NCBI GenBank assembly: GCA_010015585.1
Contig: ML975150.1
DNA: 64,000 nucleotides
Source of the DNA: Eremomyces bilateralis CBS 781.70
Taxonomy: Eukaryota
Direction: 5' to 3' (one strand)
Shown here: one piece after another, positions 13,127-25,425 of the stretch
Position numbering within the stretch: position 1 is the first letter of the stretch
Layout: the number at the start of each line of letters is the position of its first letter
The notes under the pieces: model-generated
The model's database searches: none
Seen by the model: only the letters and a program-made list of their open reading frames with translations
What the model was told of the DNA's origin: nothing
Translations under genes and position numbers: made by a program

Positions 13127-13882
13127 AAGCCGGTCAGTGGCACGCTACACAGCTGATGAAGGACACCAGGCCAAAAATGAAGAGGATTGGGACGAGCTAA
13201 TCGGTGATACGCTATACAGCTCATGAAAAGGAGGCAGACAGGCTAGAAGGTGAAGGAGTCTGGGTCGGAATTCTATGAATATCTTAGGATTTAAGGAAGA
13301 TATAGGCACGGTGAATATAACTCGGGTGGTGGAGTACCCAAGTACCGTATACAGCTCACCACCCAAGGCCGCGACCTTAGGAATAGAATCAAAAGTCTGG
13401 AGTTTGCTGTCCATTGCTTTGGTGAATGGGTGGCTGCGACACATTGATAAAATGATCCATGAAATGCTCCAGGAAAAAAATCGACAATACAATTAGTAGA
13501 ATGAACACTGTCCAGACGCACGTCTAGCTACTGGTATTTTCCCTGCTCCGGAAAGCGAATCGCAAGTAACTCGAACATTGTAGGCAGAACATTAGGAATG
13601 GCGATCAAACCATCCATCTCGATCCTCGAAATCGGAAACTGGGGATATCTCAAAACAGCCATCGGAAAAAGAAAAACTGGCTGGGAAACAAGAAGAGTAT
13701 AACAAGCTGTTCGGTTTCAAACCGAGAGAAGAAAAGGGGGATCCCACCCAAAAACAGCAACGAAGCGCTTTTAGGTATCATAGAAAAGACCGAAGAATGC
13801 TTTTGTCATATCGCATCCCGATATCGTTCACCCATCATCCATCATTCCAGTCATCATCCGATCGTCCATAAATACCATCAAA

Positions 13883-16303
13883 TCAGTCACGGCGGCTGAA
13901 TGCCACATCTCGCTCAAACGTCCCCCGCCTTCCCCTCCCCCTCCTCTCATCCTCCCTATCCCTCTCCCTTTCCCTCTCCCTCTCCCTCTCTCTCCGATCC
14001 CCTCGCACACTATCCCTCCTTGACACCGTACTCTTCCCACTCCTCAAGCTACTCCCGGGGACATACGCCTGGCTCCCCTCGCCCCGCGTGCTGTTCGCGA
14101 TCACCAAGTTCGCCAAGTCCCCGTCTAGCCGCTCCAGGCTAATCTGCTTCCCATCCACCTCCATGTTGAATCCTCGCGTCACGTCGATCTGCATCTTCAC
14201 CACTTCACCTCCGCCCGGCCCTACTGTCCGCGTCGAGACTGACGCCGTGTCATCCCGATCGCTTTCCCTCTCCCTCTCCCTCTCCCTCTCCCTTTCACGA
14301 TCACGGTCCCGTTCTCGATCCCGGTTCTTTTCTCGATCCCAGTCTCGGTCTCGGTCCCGGTCCCGCCGATCCTCCCGGTCCCGCTCGCGCCGGACCCTCC
14401 TCTCACGTTCGCCTCGACTCGACCCACTCGCTTTACTCCGCGACGTAGCCGTCGTCTCCCCCGCCTCGCTCCGCTCCGCACCAGCTCGCGACCCCCGTCG
14501 CCGCGGTGCAGGGCTATCGCCCATGGTGCCGGTTGTGTTGCGGAGTGCGCGCTCCGTGAGCGGGAGCGGGCGGCCCCGTGTGCCGACCGCCGAAACGTTC
14601 GCGTTGGCGCGGGCTTGGTAGGCCTCGACCTGGTCGGCGCGCAGGGTGAGGTCGTCGTCCGGGGAGGGAGAGTCCAAGTCGTCGTCGAGGTCGCGGGCGT
14701 AGTCGAGGGCGCGTTCGCGGGCTTCGCGGGCGATGCGCGCGCGGCGGCGCTGCTCGTCGTGGCTAGCGTAGCTGAGGCGGCGGCCGGTGCGGGGGTTCTC
14801 GACGGTGACGCGGGCGGAGCCGGAGGAGGTGGTGTAGGAAGTGGAGGGGGCCTTGGTGCCGGAGGAGGCGAGGGAGGGGCGGCGGTGGGATGATGTTCGG
14901 GAGCGGGAGGAAGGGGTGGCGGTAGAGCGGGAGGAGGTGTGGAAGAGTTCGAGGTCGCGGGCGCGTTCGGTGGTGGGGTCGACGGAGGTGTAGGAGGGAG
15001 GGGGTTCGGGGTATGGAATCTGGAGAAAGGGAGATTGTGTGGCGGAGGTGGGCATGTCCATGACGGAGGCGGGGGGACGGGCGACGCCGCGCATACTCAG
15101 ACCCACACCTTGCGTAATGATCGGAGGGTAAGCAGGGGTTCGACTCGCTGGGTGTCGTGGCGGAGGCATCATCCTCTGGTCTAAGTCTTCGCCGTCGCTA
15201 TCGTCGTACTCATCCTCGTAGTCCTCCGACGTGGTCTGGGAGTCGGTCTCGGACTCCGGGGGTGCGATAGCCGCGTAATTCGGTTGACGGGCGCTGATTG
15301 TTTTGGAAATAGGAGCGGAGAGGGGGCCCGGCTCATACGGATTGTCTTGAACGACTAACGCAGGCGGTTTGGGCTTTCGTGCCGACAATGTTGGCTCGGT
15401 CTGCATGTGTGGAAGACCAGGTCGCAATTTCTCGTACGGAGGCGGAGCATATCCATATGGTGACTGCGAATGCGACATATTTTGTGGATATATCGGCGCG
15501 TTGGAGTCGTAGTAACCAGCGTACGCCGCAGTACCAGCCGACCGCGAGGGTGGTGGCCCTCCTCTCTGATAAGTCGAACTTCTCGTAGAGCCATGTGTTG
15601 CGTTTGTGAAGTAGTCGACTGGTGACATCCCCGAATGATAGCTCATTGGTCTTGCCGTCCGCGCAGCAGACGTCGACCGTCGCCTTGGAGGCGGCATCGA
15701 ATTCTCTACTATACTCTCTCGACGGGATGGCCTTGACTGCGGCGACGGAGGCTCTCCACCTGATTGCTGTGATATCCGCGGTCTGGCTGACGTTTGCATG
15801 GTCGTCGATAGTCGTCGCGCGGTTGGTCGATCGCGTCGCTCGTCCACTTCTGCCTCTCCTACTTTCGATGGGGCGGGACGGCCTCGAACCGACGAAGCTC
15901 TTGCAGGCGGTTTCGCGGGCGATGTTCCACCGGCCTTGACCGTACCGGTGCTGCTCGTATTGGCGGATGTATTCTGTCGCACGGTCGCAGGAGCGCGGCG
16001 CCGGGGACTTGAATCGGGTGCAGCTTGTGTCTTCGAAGGACGTCTTGGCTTCTTCACATTCATGCTTTTAACAGAATCCGCACTACTGGCGGTCGGTGCA
16101 GTATGATTCGAATACCCTGACTCGCTGGAAAGGTCGGTGGCAGCGCTAGGAGTAGGTTTCCTTGCGGCCTTGGTTTCCTTGTCCGACCTTGATGGGGCCG
16201 ATTTTTGCGATGAAGACTTGGAGGCGGCTCGTCGGGCGTCCTCGTCATCGGAGCAGTCCTCCACCCTGGCCTGATAAGGCCGGGAGTTGGGAGTGTCCGC
16301 CAT
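13883..16303 (-). CDS. Large Ser/Arg/Pro-rich, mostly disordered protein with RE/RD dipeptide tracts, 806 aa
   Basis: Long intronless ORF; A at -3 of the ATG; YQARVEDCSD motif at the N-terminus; short beta-rich segment (VVKMQIDVTRGFNMEVDGKQISL..LANLVI) between charged repeats. Confidence 0.85.
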   Translation of the reverse strand: MADTPNSRPYQARVEDCSDDEDARRAASKSSSQKSAPSRSDKETKAARKPTPSAATDLSSESGYSNHTAPTASSADSVKSMNVKKPRRPSKTQAAPDSSPRRRAPATVRQNTSANTSSTGTVKAGGTSPAKPPARASSVRGRPAPSKVGEAEVDERRDRPTARRLSTTMQTSARPRISQQSGGEPPSPQSRPSRRESIVENSMPPPRRRSTSAARTARPMSYHSGMSPVDYFTNATHGSTRSSTYQRGGPPPSRSAGTAAYAGYYDSNAPIYPQNMSHSQSPYGYAPPPYEKLRPGLPHMQTEPTLSARKPKPPALVVQDNPYEPGPLSAPISKTISARQPNYAAIAPPESETDSQTTSEDYEDEYDDSDGEDLDQRMMPPPRHPASRTPAYPPIITQGVGLSMRGVARPPASVMDMPTSATQSPFLQIPYPEPPPSYTSVDPTTERARDLELFHTSSRSTATPSSRSRTSSHRRPSLASSGTKAPSTSYTTSSGSARVTVENPRTGRRLSYASHDEQRRRARIAREARERALDYARDLDDDLDSPSPDDDLTLRADQVEAYQARANANVSAVGTRGRPLPLTERALRNTTGTMGDSPAPRRRGSRAGAERSEAGETTATSRSKASGSSRGERERRVRRERDREDRRDRDRDRDWDREKNRDRERDRDRERERERERERESDRDDTASVSTRTVGPGGGEVVKMQIDVTRGFNMEVDGKQISLERLDGDLANLVIANSTRGEGSQAYVPGSSLRSGKSTVSRRDSVRGDRRERERERERERDREDERRGRGRRGTFERDVAFSRRD
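14265..14390. repeat. Hexamer microsatellite (TCCCTC)n / (TCCCGG)n encoding RE/RD repeats; second tract at ~13950-13995
   Basis: Direct reading: tccctctccctctccctctccctctccct. Confidence 0.85.
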
Positions 16304-19300
16304 TTCTGGAAATGAGCGGATGGGCCGTCCGTAGAGCGTTTGAATATATTTCCCGGGACACAGATAAGGTGTAGGAGGGTTAGGAACTCGAAGGGCGACG
16401 TCGATGGGTGGGTAATGGGTATGATTTGGAGAGCCGGGGCGGGCAAAGCGGGAAGAAGCGCAAGAGCACCAAAAAAAAGTCCCGAGTTGGGCACCACTAT
16501 GACCGGGGTTGTTGGTTCCACTAAGGAAAACGATAACAGCAGAAAGCTGCTAAAGTGCTCGAGTACTTCGTTTAGTCGCAAGAAAGGATGGAGATTTTGG
16601 ATGCGAATAAGGCTTGTTTTCACCAGGAACGCGACCGAGGATGCCGCAAGTCTCCCAAATGCTCCGGAGTGCAGTGCAGACCGTGACAGCGGGAAGATGC
16701 GCAGTTCCGTCCTGAGGACTCCTGATTTTCGTGCCGATACGGAAGACTGGCGGGTTGGTGGCGCTCGTGTGGAGTAAAAATAACGGCGCGGGATTCAACT
16801 TTCAAGGGTGCCACAAAAGATGAAGGTTGCGTCACAAGACGATTTTGGTCCCTCTGGCATTCGAGGATGACCTCGCAATGGGAACAATGGTGTGTAGGGT
16901 CGCGCGATCGAGAAGATCAAGTGCAGCAACGCGAACGAAGAAGCTAAAGCGCACAGTGCTTAGGAATTCCAAGGCAGTGAAGGACACATGAAGCTGGTGC
17001 CTTGAACGAGATTGTCGTGCGAATCAAGAGGCGGCAAGGAGACCGAAGGATTCCTCGATCGTCCCATTTAGAGGCCCAAAGCGGTAATCATGTGGTTCCC
17101 AAGTTACGGCGGCCGACCCATTGTTGGATGAGACAGTCAGATGTTTGGACGTTGCTCCTCAGCAACGACAGGAACTAGGCTGAAGGGTCCCGGAGGGTAT
17201 GTCTGAGCACGGATAGTTCAGACGTCCGATTCCGCGACCACGGTTCGAATCCGGAGGTTAGAGGTTGATATAGGCGAGAACCCGGAGTTGTTCGTAGTAT
17301 AGTGGAGATGAGATGAGATGATAATGGTCAAGAATAAGGCAAGTAATAATTCGAAGGGATACGAAGGGGAATCAAGTAATAATCGGGAGTCTCGAGGGCT
17401 TAATCGTGGCGGAGCAGGACGGGGGGAGGTCTCGGATTCTCGTGAAGACGAGCGGGAGAGGGAGAGAGGAGAAGGAAGGGTAGAATTTTGGAGAGCTGGG
17501 GGGAGATTGGGATGGATGGATGGATGCCTGGACAGAGCCAGAGGAGGGCTGCTGCATGCGAAGGCAGCCAGTAGGATAGGTATGGTATATGATAGTATCA
17601 ATGTGCACTTATGCAGTAGGTTTAACTTGCTGCCTGTCTTGACTGACCATACTGAACGTTGATGATGATGGGATAGAGTAAGCAGTAAACGGTCGATAGC
17701 ATGAAACCGCTATGGGGTAGATCTCGGAGTGGAATCCGGAAGAAAAGGAAAACCAAAAAGCTGATACAGTCCGGCGCGGGCCTTAGCCTGTAGATATTAT
17801 TATTCCGAATCCTCCTCCGTATTCCACACTTCTCGTTGTTGGATTGGCATCCATCGGAGGGTTGGGTGCCAATGAGAAAAGAGCTGATCCAAATGGGCTG
17901 CAACGAGATGAGATCCTCGTATGAGTCGACGGTTTGTGTTTCCAGTTTCCAATTCGACGAGGATCGATGCCCTTCCACATTTTTCCTCCGTGTGGCAGGT
18001 TTGGATGGACGGCCTGACTCCGATTTCCTTGCTCTGCTTAAAGTACTACCCTCTCAGTCAGATTCCAGTGACCCTCGCATATATCCCAATTCTCCTTCCC
18101 TGAAAACCATCAAGTCGTCTCCACGATCTCTCGTTGTGGTCAGTCGTCATACTCTACCCCTCCTATCGTTCACTCGCTCGCTCGGGACCCGGGAGCTAGC
18201 CGCACCATCAGAGACCGTTGGAATCGTCCATCCTCGTGGAGGCGTGGGTCATCTGTTGGGCTGATGCTGTTGGGCACGATGGTGGTATCCACAGTTCCCA
18301 TGTTCATGTCCTTACCCGATCACAAGGTAAAAGGATGGGGATGATCACTACGATTGCTATCACGTCTCAACCGTCAACGTGCACCTTTGTTCCCCCTTCA
18401 TCCCTCAACTTCCTGTCGCGCCCTCGCGCTACCACATGCACGAGAGATGAGCAATATCAATTGTCCCGGAACTATATCAGCCCGTGGAAGGGCGACCCTC
18501 CCACTCATGCCCAACGGTCATCCACGGCATGGAAGGCCGAGCAACGCCAGCAGGGATATCCGCTGTATGCTCGATATTGATATCCTTTCCCTTCCCATTT
18601 CATCCCGATGTATTCATCACTCGACTCCCGCCCGGCTATTTCTCTCTTCCTCTATCCATTGTGCCTACACGCAGCCGCTCGATAGCTCGGTTGCGTAACC
18701 ACATGTCAAACCATTCCTTGAGGGTAGGCAAATGAAACGGTAGGGATACGGAAAATCGTGAGATGCTGTGTAACTGTATCGACCAGGGAATTTTGGCAAC
18801 GTCTCGTCCAGTCGATGCGGATGCCCGGGATGATGCTGCTGCGGCATTTCAAGGGCGACTTGTGAGTGGATGACAGGATGGGTTGAGTAGGTTGCCTTGG
18901 CCATGATACCACTCAGCAACCCGTTGTCAGAGTCACAGGGAAGCAATGTTGAATATCTGCAAACTGAACGAGTCATTATTATATCTTTTCCTTGGAGTCT
19001 CACTACATTCACATTGAAATCTCACGATGCCGAATCCCTACCGCGCGAGAAGGGTATTCCTAGTCTCGGAGATGGCTTCGATATGAACAACCCCTCTTCG
19101 CTTCGGTGCATAATATGATTTCCATCCGCTGAAATTCTCACAATCTTACCCTCGTCCCTTCTTCCTCCGCGAGGCCGACAGGGGCATCCTGGCCTTTAAG
19201 GCTGGGCGCTATCTTTGGTTGATTCCTCGCCTGAAAACCGTGCTTCGTGAAGTCTGGATTTCTCTCGTCGCCTGGTCCTGTCGGAAATCATATCCTCAGC

Positions 19301-20684
19301 CCATGTTCGGGTTCAGCTCGCCTTCAACTACTTCAAGCCCGTCCTTTTAAGACCCCGTGGGACATTTTGTGGCCGGAAAGGCGGTTTTGTCAAGTGTGCA
19401 TAAGCGCGAAATGTCTTCGGTATAGAGGGGTGGGATGACGACAGCGGGGGAGGTTATTGGACGGACAGAAAGGCTCCCATCTGCATCTCAAGATGTGAGC
19501 AGTGAGTTCGACGGCTACGATCTAGACTTAATCCGGCGATGAGTCGAACTTCGACTCCGAGGTTTCCAAGTGATCCATCATCTAAGGTCGAGGTCGGGGA
19601 ATTGTGGGAGGATGCGGCGATCAATACGGCGGTGGTGCGTACAGATGCGATATGATATACGATTGGTATCACAATCGAGCTACTTTTCCGGCTTGCCCAT
19701 CACAGATCCATACCCGAAATCAGGCACTCTTGGCCCAGGGCGAGCATCCCGATCGAACTCCCGAACCTACAGCGACGAGAAGAGAGCATGGGGAGCTCTG
19801 TATTCCGGCATGGGCCGAGTGATTGGCCGTCGCGTTACCTACTCCCTTTTGTGACACTATAGACCGTTCCACGATCCTTCACCGCTCTTTTGTGATTTGT
19901 AGCTCATCGCAACATTAAGACGGGGGATGGAAGTTCATGCTGAAGTAAAGTCATCCAACTCGCTGCAGTAGATGCAGTGCGACTGATCCAGACCCGCAAC
20001 GTACATCGACATTGCTGAAGGGTATCTGATCGCAGACATACCAGGTGGCCGCGCCACACAATCGTCAAATTCCCCAGCCGTGACACCACCGCGCAGCAAG
20101 GGAGACATGCAGCGCGTCGCATCACGTCGCCTCACCCAACAAAGCCACTAGCGCGCCTTGATCGAGATGTCCTGGATGCGGCTCAAGTTCTTTGGGCAGC
20201 CATCCATAGACTCCACTGCCGTAACGAAAACGCGGCTCACCATCGGTTCGTCGACCGCCGGCCACGTCGAATATAGACCTGAGCCGCACGGCAGCCCTCT
20301 GGCTCCTTCCGACGCAGGAACGGATCCCAGAGATGCGGGAATAATGAGTCACTGTACTGAGGTGAAGACATAGATATTTCTGTTGTCGCTTTAGGAAGGG
20401 CAAACGTAAGCATAACGGCCAGCAACTGTCGACGTGGAAGAGGCGTGCTGCCCGGTCCATAAATAGGAAGCCAAAGGTCAACACTGCTGCGTTCGATTAT
20501 CGATATGACAAGGGTGAGAGCATGACACGTGCCGGCAACCGGTTGATCATTTCTGAGTCTGCGTCTAACATGGTGGTATATCACAAACGGACTTTTGATA
20601 GTGAGACACGCTCCCATATCCTGGTAGCACAACGTCCCGAAATGCTTGACCTTCATCATGCGCAAAGCATACAACATCAGCACA

Positions 20685-22938
20685 TCACATCCTAAGCGTC
20701 GATTAGCTCATCATTTCCACTTGTTAGCCGCACTGGTAAGACCCACCTGTCCAGCGGCGTCAACCCCAACAGCCTCATTCCGTTGCCCAACACTTGCCTC
20801 GCTGCCACGTACAGCGCCATCCTCGCCACCTTCAGATTCTCCTCGCTGCCGACCACCTGCAGATGGTCGTAACTCGAACTGAGCGAATGCGTCATCCGGA
20901 AGAGGTAGGTGAGAACCGTGATCGGTTCCAGCGTGCGCATGGTGTTGAAGAACACGTCGGGCCATTGGGCGAGCATGCGGACTAGGTGGATGGCGTGGGT
21001 CTCTGTGAGGAGAGAGAGGTCGGCGGAGAGGAGTGCATCCTGAGGCACGGACGCTTTCCGAAGGATGGAGGTGAGACGAGCGTGGGCGTATTGGAGGTAG
21101 GGACCAGTATCCCCCTCGAAGGAGGTCATGCGGTCCATATCGAAGTGGTAGTTGTTGATCCTGTGACGTGTGAGCGGATCTTTCAGCAACAGAAGGGGTC
21201 AAGTAAGTGATCTATACCTCTTCCCGGTCATGTCCTGGACCATGACGGCCGAAATGCCAAGAATATCGGCCGTCCGGGTGGGATCTTCGACTTGCGCGTA
21301 CTTATCCTCGTTCGACCTCATCACCTCGTGCATCTTGTCGCCGACGTCTCGGAGGATATCGTCCAAGAACTTCGCTGTGCCTTTCCTAGTGCTCATGCCC
21401 AGGACCATTCCGAAGTTGATATGGACGCACTTCTCCGCAATCTCCTTGAGACCCATGGCATCAACTATCTTGAAGAGCTGCGCAAGATGCAGGTCCTGCT
21501 GGCTGGCGACGACGTAGATCATCTTGTCGAAATGGAACTTGTCATATCGCTCCATCATGGCCCCGATATCTCTGGTCAGATACAAACTTGTGCCATCCTT
21601 CTTCTTGACGATCGCTTTGCCAAGCTTCTTGCTGTATTTCGTCAAGTCGACAATGACGGCCCCGTCGCTGTTCTCGCTGACTTTCTGGTCCTCCATGATT
21701 TTCGCTGCCTTGTCCATGCTCTCGTCTTTTACCTGGCTCTCACCGGAGTACTCGTCGTAGTTGATATTTAGTCGAGCATAGGTCTGCTTATACTTGGTGA
21801 TGCTGAGATCTCGGAACCTCCTCCAGACGCCCAGAGCATGGTCGTCTCCATCGACCATGCGCTTGAAGTACTTCCGGGCCTGCTCGTCGATGCCTTCATC
21901 TTGGATCTTCTGCAACTCCGCCTCGGCTTCTGATGCAGACTCTCCTGCGGTTTTGGCCGCGGTGATCTTCTCTTTCAGTGCCTTCATCTTCTCTCCCTCC
22001 TCGTGCGCAATTGCGCTGACCTTGACGTACACGTCATACAAATGACCAATCGGGTTCTCCAACAGCTTCTCTTCGCTGCCGAATTTCTCGAAACCCACCG
22101 CCAAAACGCCATACTGCTTACCCCAATCACCAAGGTAGTTCATCCGGATCACCTCCCAACCTGCGCCCTGGTACAAATTGGATAGGAAACCACCGATGAT
22201 TGTGCTTCGCAGATGCCCCGCGTGGAAAGGTTTCGCGATGTTTGGACTTGAGAACTCGACGATGATTTTCTTCGGTCCTTTCGACGGGTCGGACGCATCT
22301 TTCAACCCGAGGTTTTGATTCAGCCCGTAGGTCGCGCCATTCTTCAGGACTGACGGTACGACAAGCTTCGATAGCGGAAGGGCCTTGAAGAAGAATCGGA
22401 TGAATTGTCCAGCCACCAGCGGCTTCTCGATCAAAGGTGATTCGGGGAACTGGGACGCGATCTTCTCGGCCGTCTCTTGCGGTTTCATGCCCTTGATGCG
22501 GAGCGCGGCCGCCGGAAGCATGAGGTCGCCATTGTCCAAGGAGTTCGTCCAACTTATGGTGGGGAGGATTGTCTTTGCGTCAACCGAGACGATCGGAGAG
22601 ATCAAGGAGGCGATGTGGGAGCGGTAGATGTCGATGGGGTTGAGGGTTGGATAAGTGTTTGGGAGTTGCGGGACGGAATCGAGCCCGAAGTTCTTCAATG
22701 TGGAGGTCAGTTCCTCGACAGAGGTCGCATCTGATGCGTTGTTCGATGCCATGATGAAAGACCCAAAGGAGGAGATCGGTCTTCGGGGTTCTGTCTGCTT
22801 AGAAGAAAAGGTTCGGCAGAGGGTGAGGATTTGTGGTTTTGATATCAACGTGGGCCCACGATGAGTCAAAGGAAGGTAGATAGCTGAGCAAGCCTTGTAA
22901 GGGCAGAAAAGTCGATCCCAGATAGGTCTGGACAGCAT
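20685..22938 (-). CDS. Arginyl-tRNA synthetase (class I); exons 22938-21218, 21160-20747, 20691-20685; second in-frame ATG at 22752
   Basis: VEFSSPNIAKPFHAGHLRSTIIG (HIGH motif), NYLGDWGKQYG, MSTRKG (KMSKS-like), GDTGPYLQYAHARL; C-terminus LTPLDRM* completed by a 7-nt last exon. Confidence 0.97.
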
Positions 22939-23095
22939 ATAAATTGGCCTAGCTTTCGAGCCAGCGAATTGACTCAAGGATTGCTCTAGACGTTGATATC
23001 TGTTTCTTAATTCCCCTCAATTCGCTGTTTGTCAATTGTCGCAGTGCATGTTGATCCATTTTCTACCGAACTTTTGCCGTTCACCCAAATCCGGA

Positions 23096-23102
23096 TCACG
23101 TG
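23096..23102. promoter_or_regulatory. E-box TCACGTG (Cbf1/bHLH-type) in the ~300-bp divergent ArgRS/RPS12 promoter
   Basis: Motif read directly; Cbf1-type sites are known in ascomycete ribosomal-protein promoters. Function here is inferred. Confidence 0.4.
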
Positions 23103-23240
23103 CAAAAATCTTGGCGCTCGCTAATTTCCCACATCGTGGATTGTTGATCATCACCAACATCCTCACACTTTAACATCGAATCAATTCATTACAATCAGTC
23201 TCTTCGAGGATAATCCGACGAGTCTGATCAATCAATCAAC

Positions 23241-23852
23241 ATGGTAAGCTTCAATTTCCCTCCCACATTCCAGACATCTCAACATCAGACTCCCGATGCG
23301 AGAGAAGTATGCCAAAATCCCAAGAGCCCCAACTAACCACTCCTCCAGTCGGACGGAGAAGAGCCCCAATCCCCCATCGCGGACGTCGATGCCGGTGAAG
23401 TCGAAGTTTCCGCCGATGCCCCCTCTGGCCAGATGTCGGTCCTCGAGGCGCTTAAGGGCGTCCTCAAGCTTGCGCTGATCCACGACGGCCTGGCCCGCGG
23501 ACTCCGCGAGGCGACCAAGGCGCTCGACCGTCGCCAGGCGCACATGTGCGTGCTGAACGAGAATTGCGAGGAGGAGGCCTACAAGAAGCTGGTGGTGGCG
23601 CTGTGCTCGGAGCATAAGATCCCGTTGATCAAGGTGCCGGATGGCAAGCAGTTGGGCGAGTGGGCTGGATTGTGTGAGTATCCGCGAGAGTCGGGGTCGA
23701 TGGGCGTGCGCTGACGAATTGAAACAGGCCAGATTGACCGTGAGGGCAATGCGAGGAAGGTCGTGAACTGCTCTTGCGTCGTCGTCAAGGACTGGGGTGA
23801 GGAATCTCAGGAACGATCCGTCCTGCTCAACTACTTCCAGACCGAGCAGTAG
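23241..23852 (+). CDS. RPS12: 40S ribosomal protein eS12, ~150 aa; exons 23241-23243 (ATG only), 23349-23673, 23728-23852
   Basis: [83 protein letters not shown]; canonical introns. Confidence 0.97.
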
Positions 23853-24051
23853 ACTACCAACACTACTTGAGCCAATGTCATAGCGACCGATAGGTCTCAA
23901 TCCCACGTCCTATGGCGAGATAGATTGCACTTGAATCTATATAGCATCAGGCGAGGTAGCTGAATCCCCGCGATTCAAAATCAAAAGCCGACTTCACCTC
24001 ATCCAACCTTTCCCGTAGCATCATGAGAAGCGTGATGTTCTAACCCCGATT

Positions 24052-24727
24052 TCACCATCCCCTTCCGGCCTTCTCCCCGCCTAAAACCGCTCGCCCCGGC
24101 GGTTGTAAGCCCATCTCCACATCCTTCACCACCCTCTCCCTCACCCTGCCCGCCTCCTGCTCGTCCTGCTTCTTCTTCGCCTCCTCGCTCTCCTTGTTGA
24201 ATTGCGACGCGTACGCCATGTTGCCGGCCCCACCTCGCCCAGTTGTCAGGCCGACCATCGGAGCCGGCGATGATGGATGTCTCGTGGCGTGAGATGGGAT
24301 GGCTGGGAAGTCCGTGGTTGGGACGGATGTACCTGTTGAAGGGGTTGGTGGGGGTGGCGATGGAGGGCGGACGGATGGGTCGGCGCTTGGAGACGTCTGG
24401 AGAGCTGTGGGAGTGACCATGTTGCCCGCTCCTCTGTTGGAGAAATATTCGTTAGTTTTACTGGTGAAAGTGAGATGAAGGATAACCCTACCCTCTGCCT
24501 GATGAAGCATAATCTGCCGGTGCCCGCCTCGTCATGACATCCTCAGGTCTTAGATCGACATTCTTCTTGTTCGCCTCGAGGTCCTGGCCGATTTATGTCA
24601 ATTAAGTGCATTCTACGACGCCATCGGTGGGAACTCGTCGCCGTACCTGCTCGAGCCTCACGTTCGCCTCGTCCAGCTGCGTATTCGTGAGGATGTTCCC
24701 CGCACCGCCTCGCCCAAATGTTGGCAT
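24052..24727 (-). CDS. GRGGAGN-repeat protein (DUF3602 / Par32-like), ~184 aa; exons 24727-24647, 24583-24492, 24433-24052
   Basis: Three motifs FGRGGAGNI, SGRG|GAGNM, TGRGGAGNM. The second is reconstituted only by splicing, which supports the model. Confidence 0.85.
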
Positions 24728-25425
24728 GTTTCGTTCTGGGGGTTGTATGATGAAGTAACACGGATATCAATCGAGTATTTCGTCTACCGTGCACCCAATT
24801 CTTTTTGCTGGACTGTATCGCATGAGCTTCATACGGTCCAAAGCCTTCTATGTACGTCACGTCAATCAGCACGGGGAGAAATCCAGGACCGCCTAAAGAT
24901 TAGGGCCACCATCTAGACCGAATTCGTCCACTGGCAGCCGGTGGGGTGTGCCTGCTTCGTTCTCCGCTCTCACGTGCCGACGGGAACAATCGATCGCAGA
25001 AAGTTGGAAAACATGGCGGATCGCAGGTTTGCAGGTCTCAACATTGGGGCCATCGGCCGATCGCGGTGGGCCTTTGGGGTACAGCCGCGTTTCCCCCTGA
25101 TCGGCGCTGCAGTTGAGAGGAACATGAAGGATGAGGGGCGGACACGTCGAAAGCTCCCCACTTTATTCGGTGACGGGGGCAGGATCGTTCGCATTTGCTG
25201 CATTATCGCCGCTGAAAAGCCCATATTTTGCATGGTCGCACCCGATTTCTTGGGTGAATGATTGGGCTGGCTTCGCAAAAGGGGAGAATTTTCTCCTTAG
25301 CGGTTGGAGTAGGGACCATTCTGTTACAAAAGTTCCAGATTACCTGGATGACGTTGGGGCTGTGAGTAATAGGTGGACACTCCAGTAGGATCACTTGGAG
25401 ACCTCACGCAATTAGGGTGGAATGA

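Noticed and set aside
17200..17270. tRNA gene suggested by GGTTCGAATCC
   Set aside because: The T-stem would have only 3 pairs; no acceptor stem, D-arm or anticodon arm could be built.
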